Shown piece after piece: positions 26,033 through 36,000 of a stretch of 36,685 nucleotides of DNA. The notes beneath the pieces are model-generated. The model did no database searches, had not been told where the DNA came from, and was given only the letters and a program-made list of their open reading frames with translations. Each line of letters starts with the position of its first letter. Within the stretch, counting starts at the first letter, position 1. This stretch comes from a virus (lineage: Duplodnaviria; Caudoviricetes). The stretch is from positions 1-36,685 of IMG/VR virus record IMGVR_UViG_3300025018_000308; one strand, written 5' to 3'. The position numbers and the translations under genes were made by a program.

Positions 26033-26804
26033 TTACCCTCTTATAAAGTACGACCTTGTTACCCTCCTCTTTTAGAATACAGGTTTCCGCGTCATATCCC
26101 GCTGACTTCAACCACGCTTGATACCTCTCGTTTGCTTCCATTTCTGCCTTTTCTTTTTCTGCACGTTCCTCTGCCTCCTTCTTTTCACGATCTGCTTTCT
26201 CCTCCGCCTCTTTTTTCTCACGTTCCATTCGCTCTCGCTCCTCCTGTCGTGCCCTCTCCTCCCTTTCACGAGCCTCTTTTTCACGTGCCAAGCGTTCTTC
26301 CTCTTCTCTAATCTCCGCTTGTTTGCGTTCAATCTCCTGTCGCTCGGCTTCGTTTTTGTCAGCAAAACGTTTGTTTACATATCCTTGAAACTCTGACGCG
26401 TCCATTGCGTTGAGTTCGTCGTCTGATACCTCTACCTCGTCGCCAATTTCCGCAAGTCGCTTTTTTCTTTCTGGTAAAAGAGCAATGCGTTCTGCTCGGA
26501 GTTTTTTTGCTTTTGCTTCCTCCTCAATAGCTTTCAAACGCTCCTCCTCTGGCTCAACAATAGATATAAGTTCTTTTTCTTTCTCTATAACGGCTTTTTG
26601 AAACGCTATTGCGTCTCCTCTAAGCTCCTTACCTTGCTTTGAAATTGCAACTCTAGCATTTTTCAATTTAATTCTACCCTCACGCACACGATCCATTTGT
26701 GTTTTATCGTTGATGTCAATATCTTTGATATCCATTGTTTCTACAACGATAGCCTGTAGTTCATACACTGTAGGGTTAAATCTCTCAATGTTTAGATTTT
26801 GCAT
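26016..26804 (-). CDS. Coiled-coil protein of the recombination module
   Basis: 262 aa with E/R/K-rich heptads, between ERF and the exonuclease. Confidence 0.6.
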   Translation of the reverse strand: MQNLNIERFNPTVYELQAIVVETMDIKDIDINDKTQMDRVREGRIKLKNARVAISKQGKELRGDAIAFQKAVIEKEKELISIVEPEEERLKAIEEEAKAKKLRAERIALLPERKKRLAEIGDEVEVSDDELNAMDASEFQGYVNKRFADKNEAERQEIERKQAEIREEEERLAREKEAREREERARQEERERMEREKKEAEEKADREKKEAEERAEKEKAEMEANERYQAWLKSAGYDAETCILKEEGNKVVLYKRVSEYEK

Positions 26805-26805
26805 A

Positions 26806-27591
26806 TTATTCTACCTTTATATCAGTATTTGTTTTGCCGACCTTTGCCTTTGCTATCACAATAAGTGACTTAAGTTGCTCCGCCTTCAATCCAAGAGACG
26901 GTGCTTTTGTACCCGTTCCTTCCTCCATTGCCTGTGCAAGTACAAGTTCTTTTTCTAAGAAAGTAATTTGCTCAGCAAGTTTTTCTGCGTCTTTCTTTAC
27001 GTCTATAGCTTCAATGGTTTTCTTTGCTTGTGTAAAAGCAAAGTCTTCAACATTCTTTCGTGCGGTATCTATAAGCTCAGTGTCCTTATCTTCTTCTGTT
27101 GCAATACCCAACACTAAACCTAGCGTATAGCGACGACCGTATGTAATTTGCCCTCCAACATCTTTCATATCGGGCTTTGTAAGGTCAATAGGTAACTTAC
27201 CAGACCGTAATTCTCCATAGATAACTATGTCGTTCTCTTGTGTAGTGCTTGTTGAAGATAGACGCTCTGTTGTACCTGCTGTGGTTATAGTTGTCTCTTT
27301 TACAGCTTCAAGCGTTTCGTCTGTTGTCTCGTGTGTGAGTATACACTCAATGCTTTTTTCGCTAATCTCGTGCCTCACCGATAACCCATACTTTACAAGT
27401 AGTGGATATATAAACTCCATAATCTCCTCTAGTGGAGAGTATTTGAAATCAACCAATTCACCTGCCTTTGTTTTGAACTTAACTTGTGCAGATTTTTTGA
27501 TCGGCTTCAACTCCCCTTGAAAAGCTGACAAGGCTGAATATATGTTTTTATACACTCGTCCTTGTGGCTCTGCCTTTTTTGCCTCTGACAT
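26806..27591 (-). CDS. erf: ERF-family ssDNA annealing protein
   Basis: IYSALSAFQ...FKYSPLEEI...GGQITYGRRYTL...GIATEEDKD. Confidence 0.88.
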   Translation of the reverse strand: MSEAKKAEPQGRVYKNIYSALSAFQGELKPIKKSAQVKFKTKAGELVDFKYSPLEEIMEFIYPLLVKYGLSVRHEISEKSIECILTHETTDETLEAVKETTITTAGTTERLSSTSTTQENDIVIYGELRSGKLPIDLTKPDMKDVGGQITYGRRYTLGLVLGIATEEDKDTELIDTARKNVEDFAFTQAKKTIEAIDVKKDAEKLAEQITFLEKELVLAQAMEEGTGTKAPSLGLKAEQLKSLIVIAKAKVGKTNTDIKVE

Positions 27592-27621
27592 AACATTATT
27601 ATTAACTCTACTAATACATAT

Positions 27622-27666
27622 ATTATACTCCCGTCTTTTTCTGTTGTCCAGTTTTCCTGTGGATAA
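27622..27666 (-). promoter_or_regulatory. Promoter of the recombination operon with DnaA box
   Basis: TTATCCACA (27658-66), 7 nt, TGGACA (27645-50), 17 nt spacer, TATAAT (27622-27). Confidence 0.7.
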
Positions 27667-28075
27667 ACTCTTGTTTTAGTAACCAATTAAATAGACGTTG
27701 TGGGTCTCTGCCTTCTTTTGCCTTCTTTATTAAATCTAAAATATGATTTGGTCTATCTTTGTAGATTTTTAGTCTAAATATCCACACCTTAAATCTTCTG
27801 TTATATACCATTATCGCCCAATCTTTAACTTTTGCTTTATCGTGCCTTATTTCTTCGTAACCTGCCCTTTCTTCGTCCGTAGCGTGAAATAAGAGGCTAG
27901 GTATGGTGTATTCCCCCATAAAGCCCATTACTTGCGATACAGCGTCTGCTAGGGCTGAATTAACGCCCCTTCTATCCTTCTGTCGTCGTAGCATTTCTTC
28001 TTGAAATTGCTTTATGCGATCAGAGATGTGTAATGCCCCTCTATTTTCTGTTTCGTTATATTGAAGATTTTGCAT
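27623..28075 (-). CDS. Early hypothetical protein, possibly replication-initiator related
   Basis: 150 aa. C-terminal 'AKEGRDPQRLFNWLLK' is reminiscent of initiator C-terminal domains (weak). Confidence 0.5.
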   Translation of the reverse strand: MQNLQYNETENRGALHISDRIKQFQEEMLRRQKDRRGVNSALADAVSQVMGFMGEYTIPSLLFHATDEERAGYEEIRHDKAKVKDWAIMVYNRRFKVWIFRLKIYKDRPNHILDLIKKAKEGRDPQRLFNWLLKQEFIHRKTGQQKKTGV

Positions 28076-28184
28076 TTTCTTTTATTTTATCTCTTTTCTC
28101 TTTTTGTTTTATTTTACGCAACAAAGCGTTGGCTTTCTTCGTCAATTCTTTGTTCCTAATGTATTGTTCTTTGGTGTAAAACAT
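28056..28184 (-). CDS. 42-aa basic peptide, first early ORF (not in ORF track)
   Basis: MFYTKEQYIRNKELTKKANALLRKIKQKEKRDKIKENAKSSI*; overlaps the start of the 150-aa gene. Confidence 0.5.
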   Translation of the reverse strand: MFYTKEQYIRNKELTKKANALLRKIKQKEKRDKIKENAKSSI

Positions 28185-28380
28185 AAGCGTCGCTTTCCTT
28201 CTGATAAGAGGATTGTTTCGGGAAAGGCTATGGAAGAAAGAAAAGTTAGTAAGTAAGGTGGCTATCTCACGATCTTACCTTATCCTATTCCGAACCAAAT
28301 CAGACGGCAGGGAGGAGCGACCAACCTTTTACCCTGCTTTCGCATTTACTCCTGAATAGGACTTATGTTTTACAGAAAAG
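28169..28380 (-). ncRNA. Structured leader closed by a 13-bp inverted repeat containing the start codon
   Basis: TGTAAAACATAAG (28175-87) pairs with CTTATGTTTTACA (28362-74). Inner stems TCCTATTC/GAATAGGA, TAAGGT/ACCTTA and CTTTCC/GGAAAG. Confidence 0.55.
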
Positions 28381-28450
28381 TTTTTGTTTATTCACGGACT
28401 CCCCTGAAACGCCGTGTCTTTCTTTCTACTTAATCTCCACTCTGTGGAGC

Positions 28451-28572
28451 AACAAAAAACCCGCACGTATTTCTACGAGCAGGTCTCTTGTATGTCGCCA
28501 ACAAAGGCATATAAACTCCCGAAAATCTCAGAAACTTGTATGCTTTCACTTGTCCACCTTGTTCTTGACATA
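28451..28572 (-). ncRNA. ~120-nt promoter-proximal hairpin RNA ending in a terminator (attenuator or sRNA)
   Basis: Stems TATGTC/GACATA, AACAAGG/CTTTGTT and GCATA/TATGC. Terminator ACCTGC-T-CGTA-GAAA-TACG-T-GCGGGT-TTTTT at 28451-28484. Confidence 0.6.
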
Positions 28573-28577
28573 GGGTC

Positions 28578-28620
28578 ATTATAGCATAAATAAAATCATT
28601 GCAACCCCTTCTGTGGAAAA
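28578..28620 (-). promoter_or_regulatory. Early promoter with DnaA-like box
   Basis: TGC-TATAAT at 28578-83, TTGCAA at 28599-604, TTTTCCACA at 28612-20. Confidence 0.65.
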
Positions 28621-28624
28621 CTCC

Positions 28625-28717
28625 AGAAACAAAAATACCCCTTAGTAGGGATATTTTTGCGAGTGGGATTGTTTACTTGTAGAGAGAAGTCTACGTAAAC
28701 GGTGTCCTTGCGGACAT
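28625..28717 (-). ncRNA. ~90-nt small RNA candidate
   Basis: TGT-TATAAT (28722-27) lies in the last ninG codons. Then TGTCC-GCAA-GGACA, a GTTTAC.GTAGA/TCTAC..GTAAAC stem, and terminator CAAAAATATCCCT/GGGGTATTTTTG. Confidence 0.55.
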
Positions 28718-29104
28718 TTATATTATAACACCCATTCTCTTTAATTCCATAGTGTAATAGTGAATAAGTTGTTTGTATTCTTCGTCTGTGTATGATTTCT
28801 CCTCTTTCCCTTTTTCTAGTAGTGCGTCTACCTCCTCGTCTCCCAAATCATCTCTAAGGTGTTCCTCAAAGCTTTCCTCCATTCCGTCTCTTATCATATT
28901 ACATTCGTAACATTGTGGTCTGCAGTTGTTTTTATCAAATCGTACAGAACTATGCTGTCGTCGTATAAAGTGACCGCACTGTGCCTCTTGCCACGCTAAA
29001 ATCCTCTCACAGGTATAGCAAGTAACATACCCTATGTAATCAGAGTAGAGTACACGTATATATTTTGAAAATACGCTGTCCAATTTTTCACGGTAATTCG
29101 CCAT
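28718..29104 (-). CDS. ninG: NinG/Rap-family HNH Holliday-junction nuclease
   Basis: KLDSVFSKYIR...CYTC...QCGHF...RFDKNNCRPQCYECN. Leaderless: TATAAT lies 6 nt before the ATG. Confidence 0.85.
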   Translation of the reverse strand: MANYREKLDSVFSKYIRVLYSDYIGYVTCYTCERILAWQEAQCGHFIRRQHSSVRFDKNNCRPQCYECNMIRDGMEESFEEHLRDDLGDEEVDALLEKGKEEKSYTDEEYKQLIHYYTMELKRMGVII

Positions 29105-29116
29105 AGGATTATTATA

Positions 29117-29174
29117 ACAGAAAACCCCCGTAAGGGGGCTTCTGGGACAACACTCGGAAGCAGTACCGAGTGCC
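29117..29174 (-). ncRNA. ~55-nt two-hairpin small RNA candidate
   Basis: Promoter TGG-TATAAT (29178-83); hairpin GGCACTCGG-TACTGCTT-CCGAGTGTT; terminator AGAAGCCCCC-TTAC-GGGGGTTTTCT. Confidence 0.55.
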
Positions 29175-29205
29175 TATATTATACCACATCAAGTGTGTAC
29201 AACAA

Positions 29206-30039
29206 CTACTTTTCCACAGTGAACGATTTTATAAATTGAATTATTGCCCTGATCCAACTCGCCTCTTTTGGTTTATTTTGCATAGCGTAAGACCTTGCTA
29301 GATTTTCCAACTCCACAATTCTTTGCTTGTTCTCTAAGTCTGACCTTTCCTTTAGAACATCTAATACAAACCTGTTGTCAAAATAAGGACTTTCATCAAA
29401 TGCACCCATATACCCATTATCAGCACCAATAGTCATACTGTTCTTTTGGCAAAACTTCAAAGCTCTATGTAAGTGGTCACCCGCACTCGCTCCTGTATTG
29501 TCTGCCAACATTACTAAATCTCCCAATTTTATTTCTGGTCTCATCTCTGGTCTACCGTCTGAAAAAGTGCCAACTTGTACTAAAGGCTTATCCTCTAGCA
29601 TTGAGCGATATCCGTGTGTGAAGCGTCTTTTAAGATACAGTTTCCTATCGTTCGCTTTCCAAGTATCTACAACGTGCTTACTCACCTCAGAAGGTAAAAC
29701 GTCAAAATGCACAGGGTTTAGAGAATATATATCCACATTCATTCCTTGTGCGTCGTCTACTTCAACCTTTGCCCACCAACGCATATCTGGTATATCCACA
29801 TCAAAATATACAGGCTCACCACGTACAGCCCCCCAATCCTCTCCTGAGTGTCCTTTCATTCCTATACCCTCGTAAAAACTACCATATCCAACAGGGCATT
29901 TGCCCCAAGTTTTACCCTTTACAACAAACGGACGTACCACCCTTCCGTTTTCGTCTAATAGTGCACAAGCCTCATTTGCACCAAACGCCTGAAAAAGATG
30001 ATTAGGACGTACTGGTCTATATGTTTTTATATTTGTCAT
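29206..30039 (-). CDS. M23-family peptidoglycan endopeptidase (endolysin)
   Basis: Zinc motifs HSGED (HxxxD) and DNTGAS.GDHLH (HxH); amphipathic C-terminal helix. Confidence 0.85.
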   Translation of the reverse strand: MTNIKTYRPVRPNHLFQAFGANEACALLDENGRVVRPFVVKGKTWGKCPVGYGSFYEGIGMKGHSGEDWGAVRGEPVYFDVDIPDMRWWAKVEVDDAQGMNVDIYSLNPVHFDVLPSEVSKHVVDTWKANDRKLYLKRRFTHGYRSMLEDKPLVQVGTFSDGRPEMRPEIKLGDLVMLADNTGASAGDHLHRALKFCQKNSMTIGADNGYMGAFDESPYFDNRFVLDVLKERSDLENKQRIVELENLARSYAMQNKPKEASWIRAIIQFIKSFTVEK

Positions 30040-33000
30040 TGCTTATTTTTTAATCTTCTAAACTCCTTAAAAAGTTGATCTGACACAAGACAACCTGTTT
30101 TCTTTTTTGTGTCTATACAAAGGTTTCTGTCTTTATATAAAGTTTTCAATTCTGTGTACACGGTATCTATTCCAACCTCATTCCCGTATTCAATCATTTT
30201 TTCAATCCTATCGTCATTCTTACTTTCGTCTACTATAATCTGCCCCACAACACTATCTGGGTAGTTTTTCTTTAGATTATATAGTCTCGTTATTTCCCCC
30301 ACTTTCTTTTGACGATATTCCTCCTGCTCCTTTTCGTCTCTTTCCCCGTTGGTGTTATTCCAGTCTGTGGGATTTGTTCTCTCAGCTATGGCTTCTGGAT
30401 TAAAATCTTCACTTTCAACTGCCTCCTCAACAAGTCTCAATTTTGTATTCTCCCTCTCTTGTGGGAAGAAATGCTTTAATGCTGTAGGTGTTATAAGTCT
30501 TGCTCCTGTTCGTGTCCACTTTGGATCGCCTATTCCATATCCCACACCGTCAGCTTTATATAATTCTTGCGAGATAGTCTGAGAAACCAACTTATACCAA
30601 TCAGACAATTCTTTAACTATAAGGAAGTAGCTTGAAGGATTTGTCACAAACTGTATTGCCTGTGTAAGTGTTGTAAGTTCTCTATGTGCCTTTCTCATTA
30701 CTTGAGCAAAGAAACTATCGTCATCATCATCTGGTGGCTCAATAGCAGATACGATGGCGTATGCAAGTGTCGCAAGTATCGCAAACTTCGCTATTTTTTT
30801 AGCTTCATTTGAAGTAATGGCTTCAATCGTACCACGCTTATTAAATATCTTACCAACCTCTACAGCGTCACTTGTGACTGAGTTAAATATCGCAATAGCC
30901 CAAGTACCAAACTGAAATGCTGATCCCCCAACTGAGGTGTTACCCGCAAGAGACCTCACATAGAACTGATTAGGCTTTACCCTTGAAAGTGATAGTGCCA
31001 CTTCTTTTAATCTTGTATCTTCAATCAACATAGTCTGCCATTCTTTATCTGTCATTTTTGCTCTTAAAAAGAACTTATTTGATTGAAAAGAGGCAAGGCT
31101 CATAAGCACCATTATTGCTTTCAATAATCGTGACGGCACATTATATTGAGGGTCAAACAATTCTGCAAAAGGATTTCTACCACTAAAGAACCTGAACCTT
31201 TTATTTACCTCGTGTACTTTAGGTAAGTCTAATGAACGTAGAGCACCCTTTCCAACCTCTTTAAGAGAAAGTTCCCACGCAATAGCGGTAAAATCGCCGA
31301 TAAAGTTAGCCACTGCTGTTGCCACATTGAGACCAAGATATTTTACAGTGATCCAAGTCGTCATTGCTCGTATTGCAATATCAGACTGTGAGCCTTGTTT
31401 TGTACCAAACCAAACCTTTCTACCTTTTGCGTCATTTATAAACCTCTTTACAAACTTTTCAAATGTAGGGTCTTTCGTGAGACCTTTTTCAGTAGTACCA
31501 ACAATGGCTTTATGTGCTTGTACTGCGATAAGTGCTTCTGGTACAAACTCATCTATGGCTTTTTTCTTAGCAAATGCCCTAAAGTATGCAAGTGACGCTC
31601 GTGCTACGTTTTTACTTGGTACAAGACCTCCTGTTCTCCTTATTGCAAAGCCAAAGAACTTTTCAAATGCGAGTGTGTTTCCAGTTTCCTCGTCTAGTAT
31701 CTTGAATGAAGCCTCCTCCTCTCTTTGAGATGTGAGTATTTCTCTTAGTGCTGATTTTGCACCACTTTCTTTCAACGCCTCAAAGAATGAACGTCGTGTA
31801 TGTGTCATATAATCTTTTCTACCACTCATACCGTATTCGTGGCTCATATAATCATACGCACCTTTATAGAGGGTAATAAGATAATCAGAAAGCTCTAATT
31901 CTTCTGGGGTCATCTTATTCTTTTCTGCAAACTCTGGCTTATTATCACTTTCAATATATGCGAATACCACCTCGTCTGTAGGTACGAGTAATTCAACAAG
32001 TTTCCCCTTCAAAGATAGCTGTTTTCTTCTTGAACGACGTGCATTGCTGACAAGTTTATTTACCTCCTCCTCAATGGCAATATATTCTCTTTCGGCTTTG
32101 ATACTTGCCTCTACACGCTTACCTACAAGCCAGTTATAGAATGGGTGAGACCTTGCAAGTCTGATCCAAGATGTATAATATCCACCATTTTCTGGTGCTG
32201 TAAGGGTTTTCATTTCTTCTCGTCCTGTGCCAGTATGTTCTTTCATTTTACTCAATAACTCTCTCTCTGTTTTTATATCTCCCCATTGTGTACGGTGGAT
32301 AGTCTCAAGCTGTCTGGCTGTAAGAAACACATCTCCAAACTGATACTTTGAAAGAGCTTCAACAAAACGATTTGCTTGTTCCTCTGACATTTTTGAAAGT
32401 GAAGGTAGTCCCATTGCTTTCAGTAGGTTCTCCCACTTACCATATTGCTTCTCTTGAATTATTGCATTTACTTCTTCTTGTGCGTCTAATTTAGTACGTA
32501 AGTCTTGTGCTCTGTTTGAAAACTCTATCAAAAAGTCATTAAACTCCTCCTCGCCCATAAGATGTATCTTCCTGCCACCTATAATATCTTTTGCTTTTTT
32601 GTCAGATACCATAAAGAAGTCCTGTGCGTCTCTCACGGCTCTACCTCTCCTTCGGATCATTTTCATTTGAGATTTCTTACCACGCTCTAGCCCCATAGTG
32701 ACATAGTAGTCTTTTCTCTCTAAGAGTTGCTTTCGCAATTTAATTCTTCGTTCTATATCTCGCAGTGCTCTGGCGTTATTTTTGCCTTCTTTTTTAGCGT
32801 TTGCTATATCGCGTCGTAATGTACGCAACTTATTCCGTACTTGCACCAATTCTGCTTTTCTTTTTAGATATGCACCAATTCTTTCCTCTGCTTGTTCTTT
32901 ATTTTCAAACTCTGTCTTTTCCACCTCAATAATACCTCTATCTGTAAGAGTGCCTTTCGGAGGCGTTCTTTTGGTGAACCGTGCCAATTCCTTTACTTCC

Positions 33001-36000
33001 TCTGGCGTTTGTTCAACAAGCTCAGCAACTTGCTCACTTCGTATAAGTTCTTTATCTATATCCGCTTTCCAAGCTTTTGTATCATTTTCTAATTTTTCTG
33101 TCTCTTTTATAAGGTCATTGTATTGTGACTTAACTTTTTGTAGGTATTTATCATTTTCCTCTCGTAACTTAAACTTGAAGTCTTCTTTCACATCACGCAT
33201 TGCATAATCAAGTATGACTGCAAAATCATTTTCAAGTGAGTTCCATATCCTATTTCCTGCGTTTGAAACAGCAAGTGCTTGTACTTCTTGGTCTGACAAT
33301 TCATTTAATATCTTTATTCTCTCCTGTCTGTCTTCTGTTGCCTCAATCTGATCCGCAATCTTGTTTGCACGTACGGCTTCCATAGGTTTTATTCTATTTC
33401 TAAGTACAGCGTCAATCTCATCTACATCTAGTATGTCGTCTTCTATATAACTTTCTAATATCCCTTTATTTTCAAGGCGTACGATTTGCTCATTTAATTC
33501 CCTGCCCTCAAGTAAAACATCAAAATAATTTGTAACAATATCCCCTTTTGTAGCTCCGATCGCTTCGGCAAACTTTGTCAATGCTCGTTTCAACAAGATG
33601 AAGAAATTGCGTATAATTCCTTTTGCTTTGTATTTTCCGTCTACATATTGTTCAAAATCAAGAGCAAGTTGCTCCTCAACACGCCCTCTTGTTTTCGCAT
33701 TGAGTTCCACGCCCATTTTATCTGCCTGTCCTTGTAATACCTTTTCACGAGTAATACCCTGTCTTTCAAAGATAGGCATTGTATTTAAGTGTTGTAATGT
33801 AAGGTGGACAACCTCGTGTTCTGCCGTATATTTAGCCATTTCACGCACAAGAGCAATGGTGTTATCCGCAGTTACTCCGTATGCTTCTACCCGCCCAACC
33901 ACCTCTTTTGTGAAGGGGTTTATTTTTTTATCTGCAAGAATGTTATCTACAAAAATAACATCAAAATCAAGTTTCAATCTTTTCTTAAAATCTGATAGAA
34001 AATCTTTAGCAGATGTTATATCTGCACTCTCTATATCATTTCGCTCAGCCTCTTTACTTTTAGTAGATAATTCTGGTAATTCTCTTTTAAGAAAATCAAC
34101 AAAACCCTCTATTGAGAACTCAGGATCTACCTCAAACATATTCCTACTGGTCTCAATCTTTGGTGCTTCACCTCGTATCCTAGCTTTTATTTCAGGTGTC
34201 AATCTTATAGCCTGTTGAGTGGTGGTTTCAACTGAGACATCAAAGGTCTCTTTTAGGTGCTCCATATTCTTAAATGATGAAGCGTCGCCCTGCAATAATT
34301 TTGCCTCTGCAATACTTCCTCTTGAGGCACTCTCTTTCATAATTGCCTTAAACTTGCCGTCTCCTAGAACATCAGTAATGATCCAATTATCACTATCACC
34401 CGCACTACCCCTACTTCTAAGTTCAAGACCAACTTTAATTTTTTCTGGGACTAACGTTTCAAGACCTTGTCCTGTTCCATATACCCATTCTCTTTTAAGA
34501 CTTTCTACAGGTAATCCTAAGTCTATCATCTCAATCTCAGCACCAGTCAGGCTTTTAACTATGCTCTTTACCTGTTTATCGTATAAATTAGAAGCCCATT
34601 CTCCACCAAACCTAAGACCCTCTCCAGACAGAGACCCACTTTCTTTTTCCATTATTTTGTCAGCAAGACCTTTCCCGAGAACTTCGTCTAGTTGTTTACC
34701 ATTCAAATCAGCTTTTGTTGAGTTGATTATACCCTTCTCGTCTACAATAATGTTTATTTGACTTCCTTCTTTTGGAAAGATTTGTATACTTTTATCTTTA
34801 GGATTTCCCACTGGTCGTTTCGTCCACTTTACATTATCCACTTGTGTAGCCAAGTCATACCTTGCACTTGTTTGCTCTCCGCTTATCCAAGCAAAGTATT
34901 CAGCGTTGGTGTTTACCGCTTCTTTTAAGGCTCTTTTAACACTTGGCTCTACCCACTTACTACCTTCAACTAGGGGGTGAAAGGGAACTTTATTTGTTTC
35001 ATTCAGTTTTTCGCCACTATCAAATCCTTTACTCCTGCCCTCTCTCGCCCAATCACTTTGTAATTCCTCCATAAAGGTAACTTTTTTACCTTTGTATTTT
35101 CTATCATTTAGACGGAGATGAAAAATAACATTCAAAAAGTCAGTCCAGTGCGAGGATTTGAAACCTTGCTGTCTTTGGTATTGCTCTATTGCGTCAGTCT
35201 TAGATATTGCATTAAAACTACCAAGCTTATTCCCTTGATTATCTGTCAAGAAATAAAGGTTCTCACTTAATACAGAAGATGTGTTTTTTGTCGCAATAAT
35301 GTCTTTCTTTTCAAGTGGTGCTCTAATCAAAATCTCACGATAATTTTTACCATTAGGAAGTTGATACTGCGAGTATTTTGTTGCCTCACCATAATTTACC
35401 TCAGACTTTGTCTCAGCATTTCCTACAACTGTATCAACAGCCCTCTGTACATTTAGTGGTAATTCATCATATTCAACATCTTCATCACCTTTTGTTATAA
35501 AAAGCTCAAACATATCTTCTTCAAGAGAATATCCATTTTCCGAAATAACTCTCATTGCGTCTGCTTTTGAGCCACGAGATCCAACTCCCAATACAGTCTC
35601 CTCTAATCCTTCAAGTTCAGGTGCAAAAGGTTTACCCTCAGCTTTTATTGACTGATTTTCTATATTTTGAAATTGTGATTTTGAAACGATATAAGTCTCA
35701 CCGTCTTGTAGGAGTATTTTATTCCCCTTTAATTCGTAAGGAGTGAGTTTTTCACCGTCAGGAATGATAACCTTATTGCCATAAATATCTTTAGCAGGGA
35801 CATCTCTTGTAAGTTTTATATTAGGATATGTTTTTGTTATATCCTCAGCAGTCAAACCTTTTGTTCCACGAAGTGTCTGTGACAACTCCTGTTGATCTGT
35901 ATATTCTTCAAACTTTTGTACAAGTGTATCAGTCTCCTTCTTAGATAATTTTTGTTTTTTTGCAAAGTCCAATAAACTATCTCTTGAAATAGTATCTTTC

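Noticed and set aside
26100-26350. Low-complexity repeats as a DNA repeat element
   Set aside because: Explained by E/R/K coiled-coil coding.
28075-29205. CRISPR array, tRNA or tmRNA in the non-coding stretches
   Set aside because: I found no regularly spaced direct repeats, no TTCGA T-loop cloverleaf and no tmRNA ends.
517-35746. All plus-strand ORFs in the track, including Pro-rich 5427-5999
   Set aside because: They are antisense shadows of tightly packed minus-strand genes. Pro runs mirror Gly codons and no motifs are recognisable.
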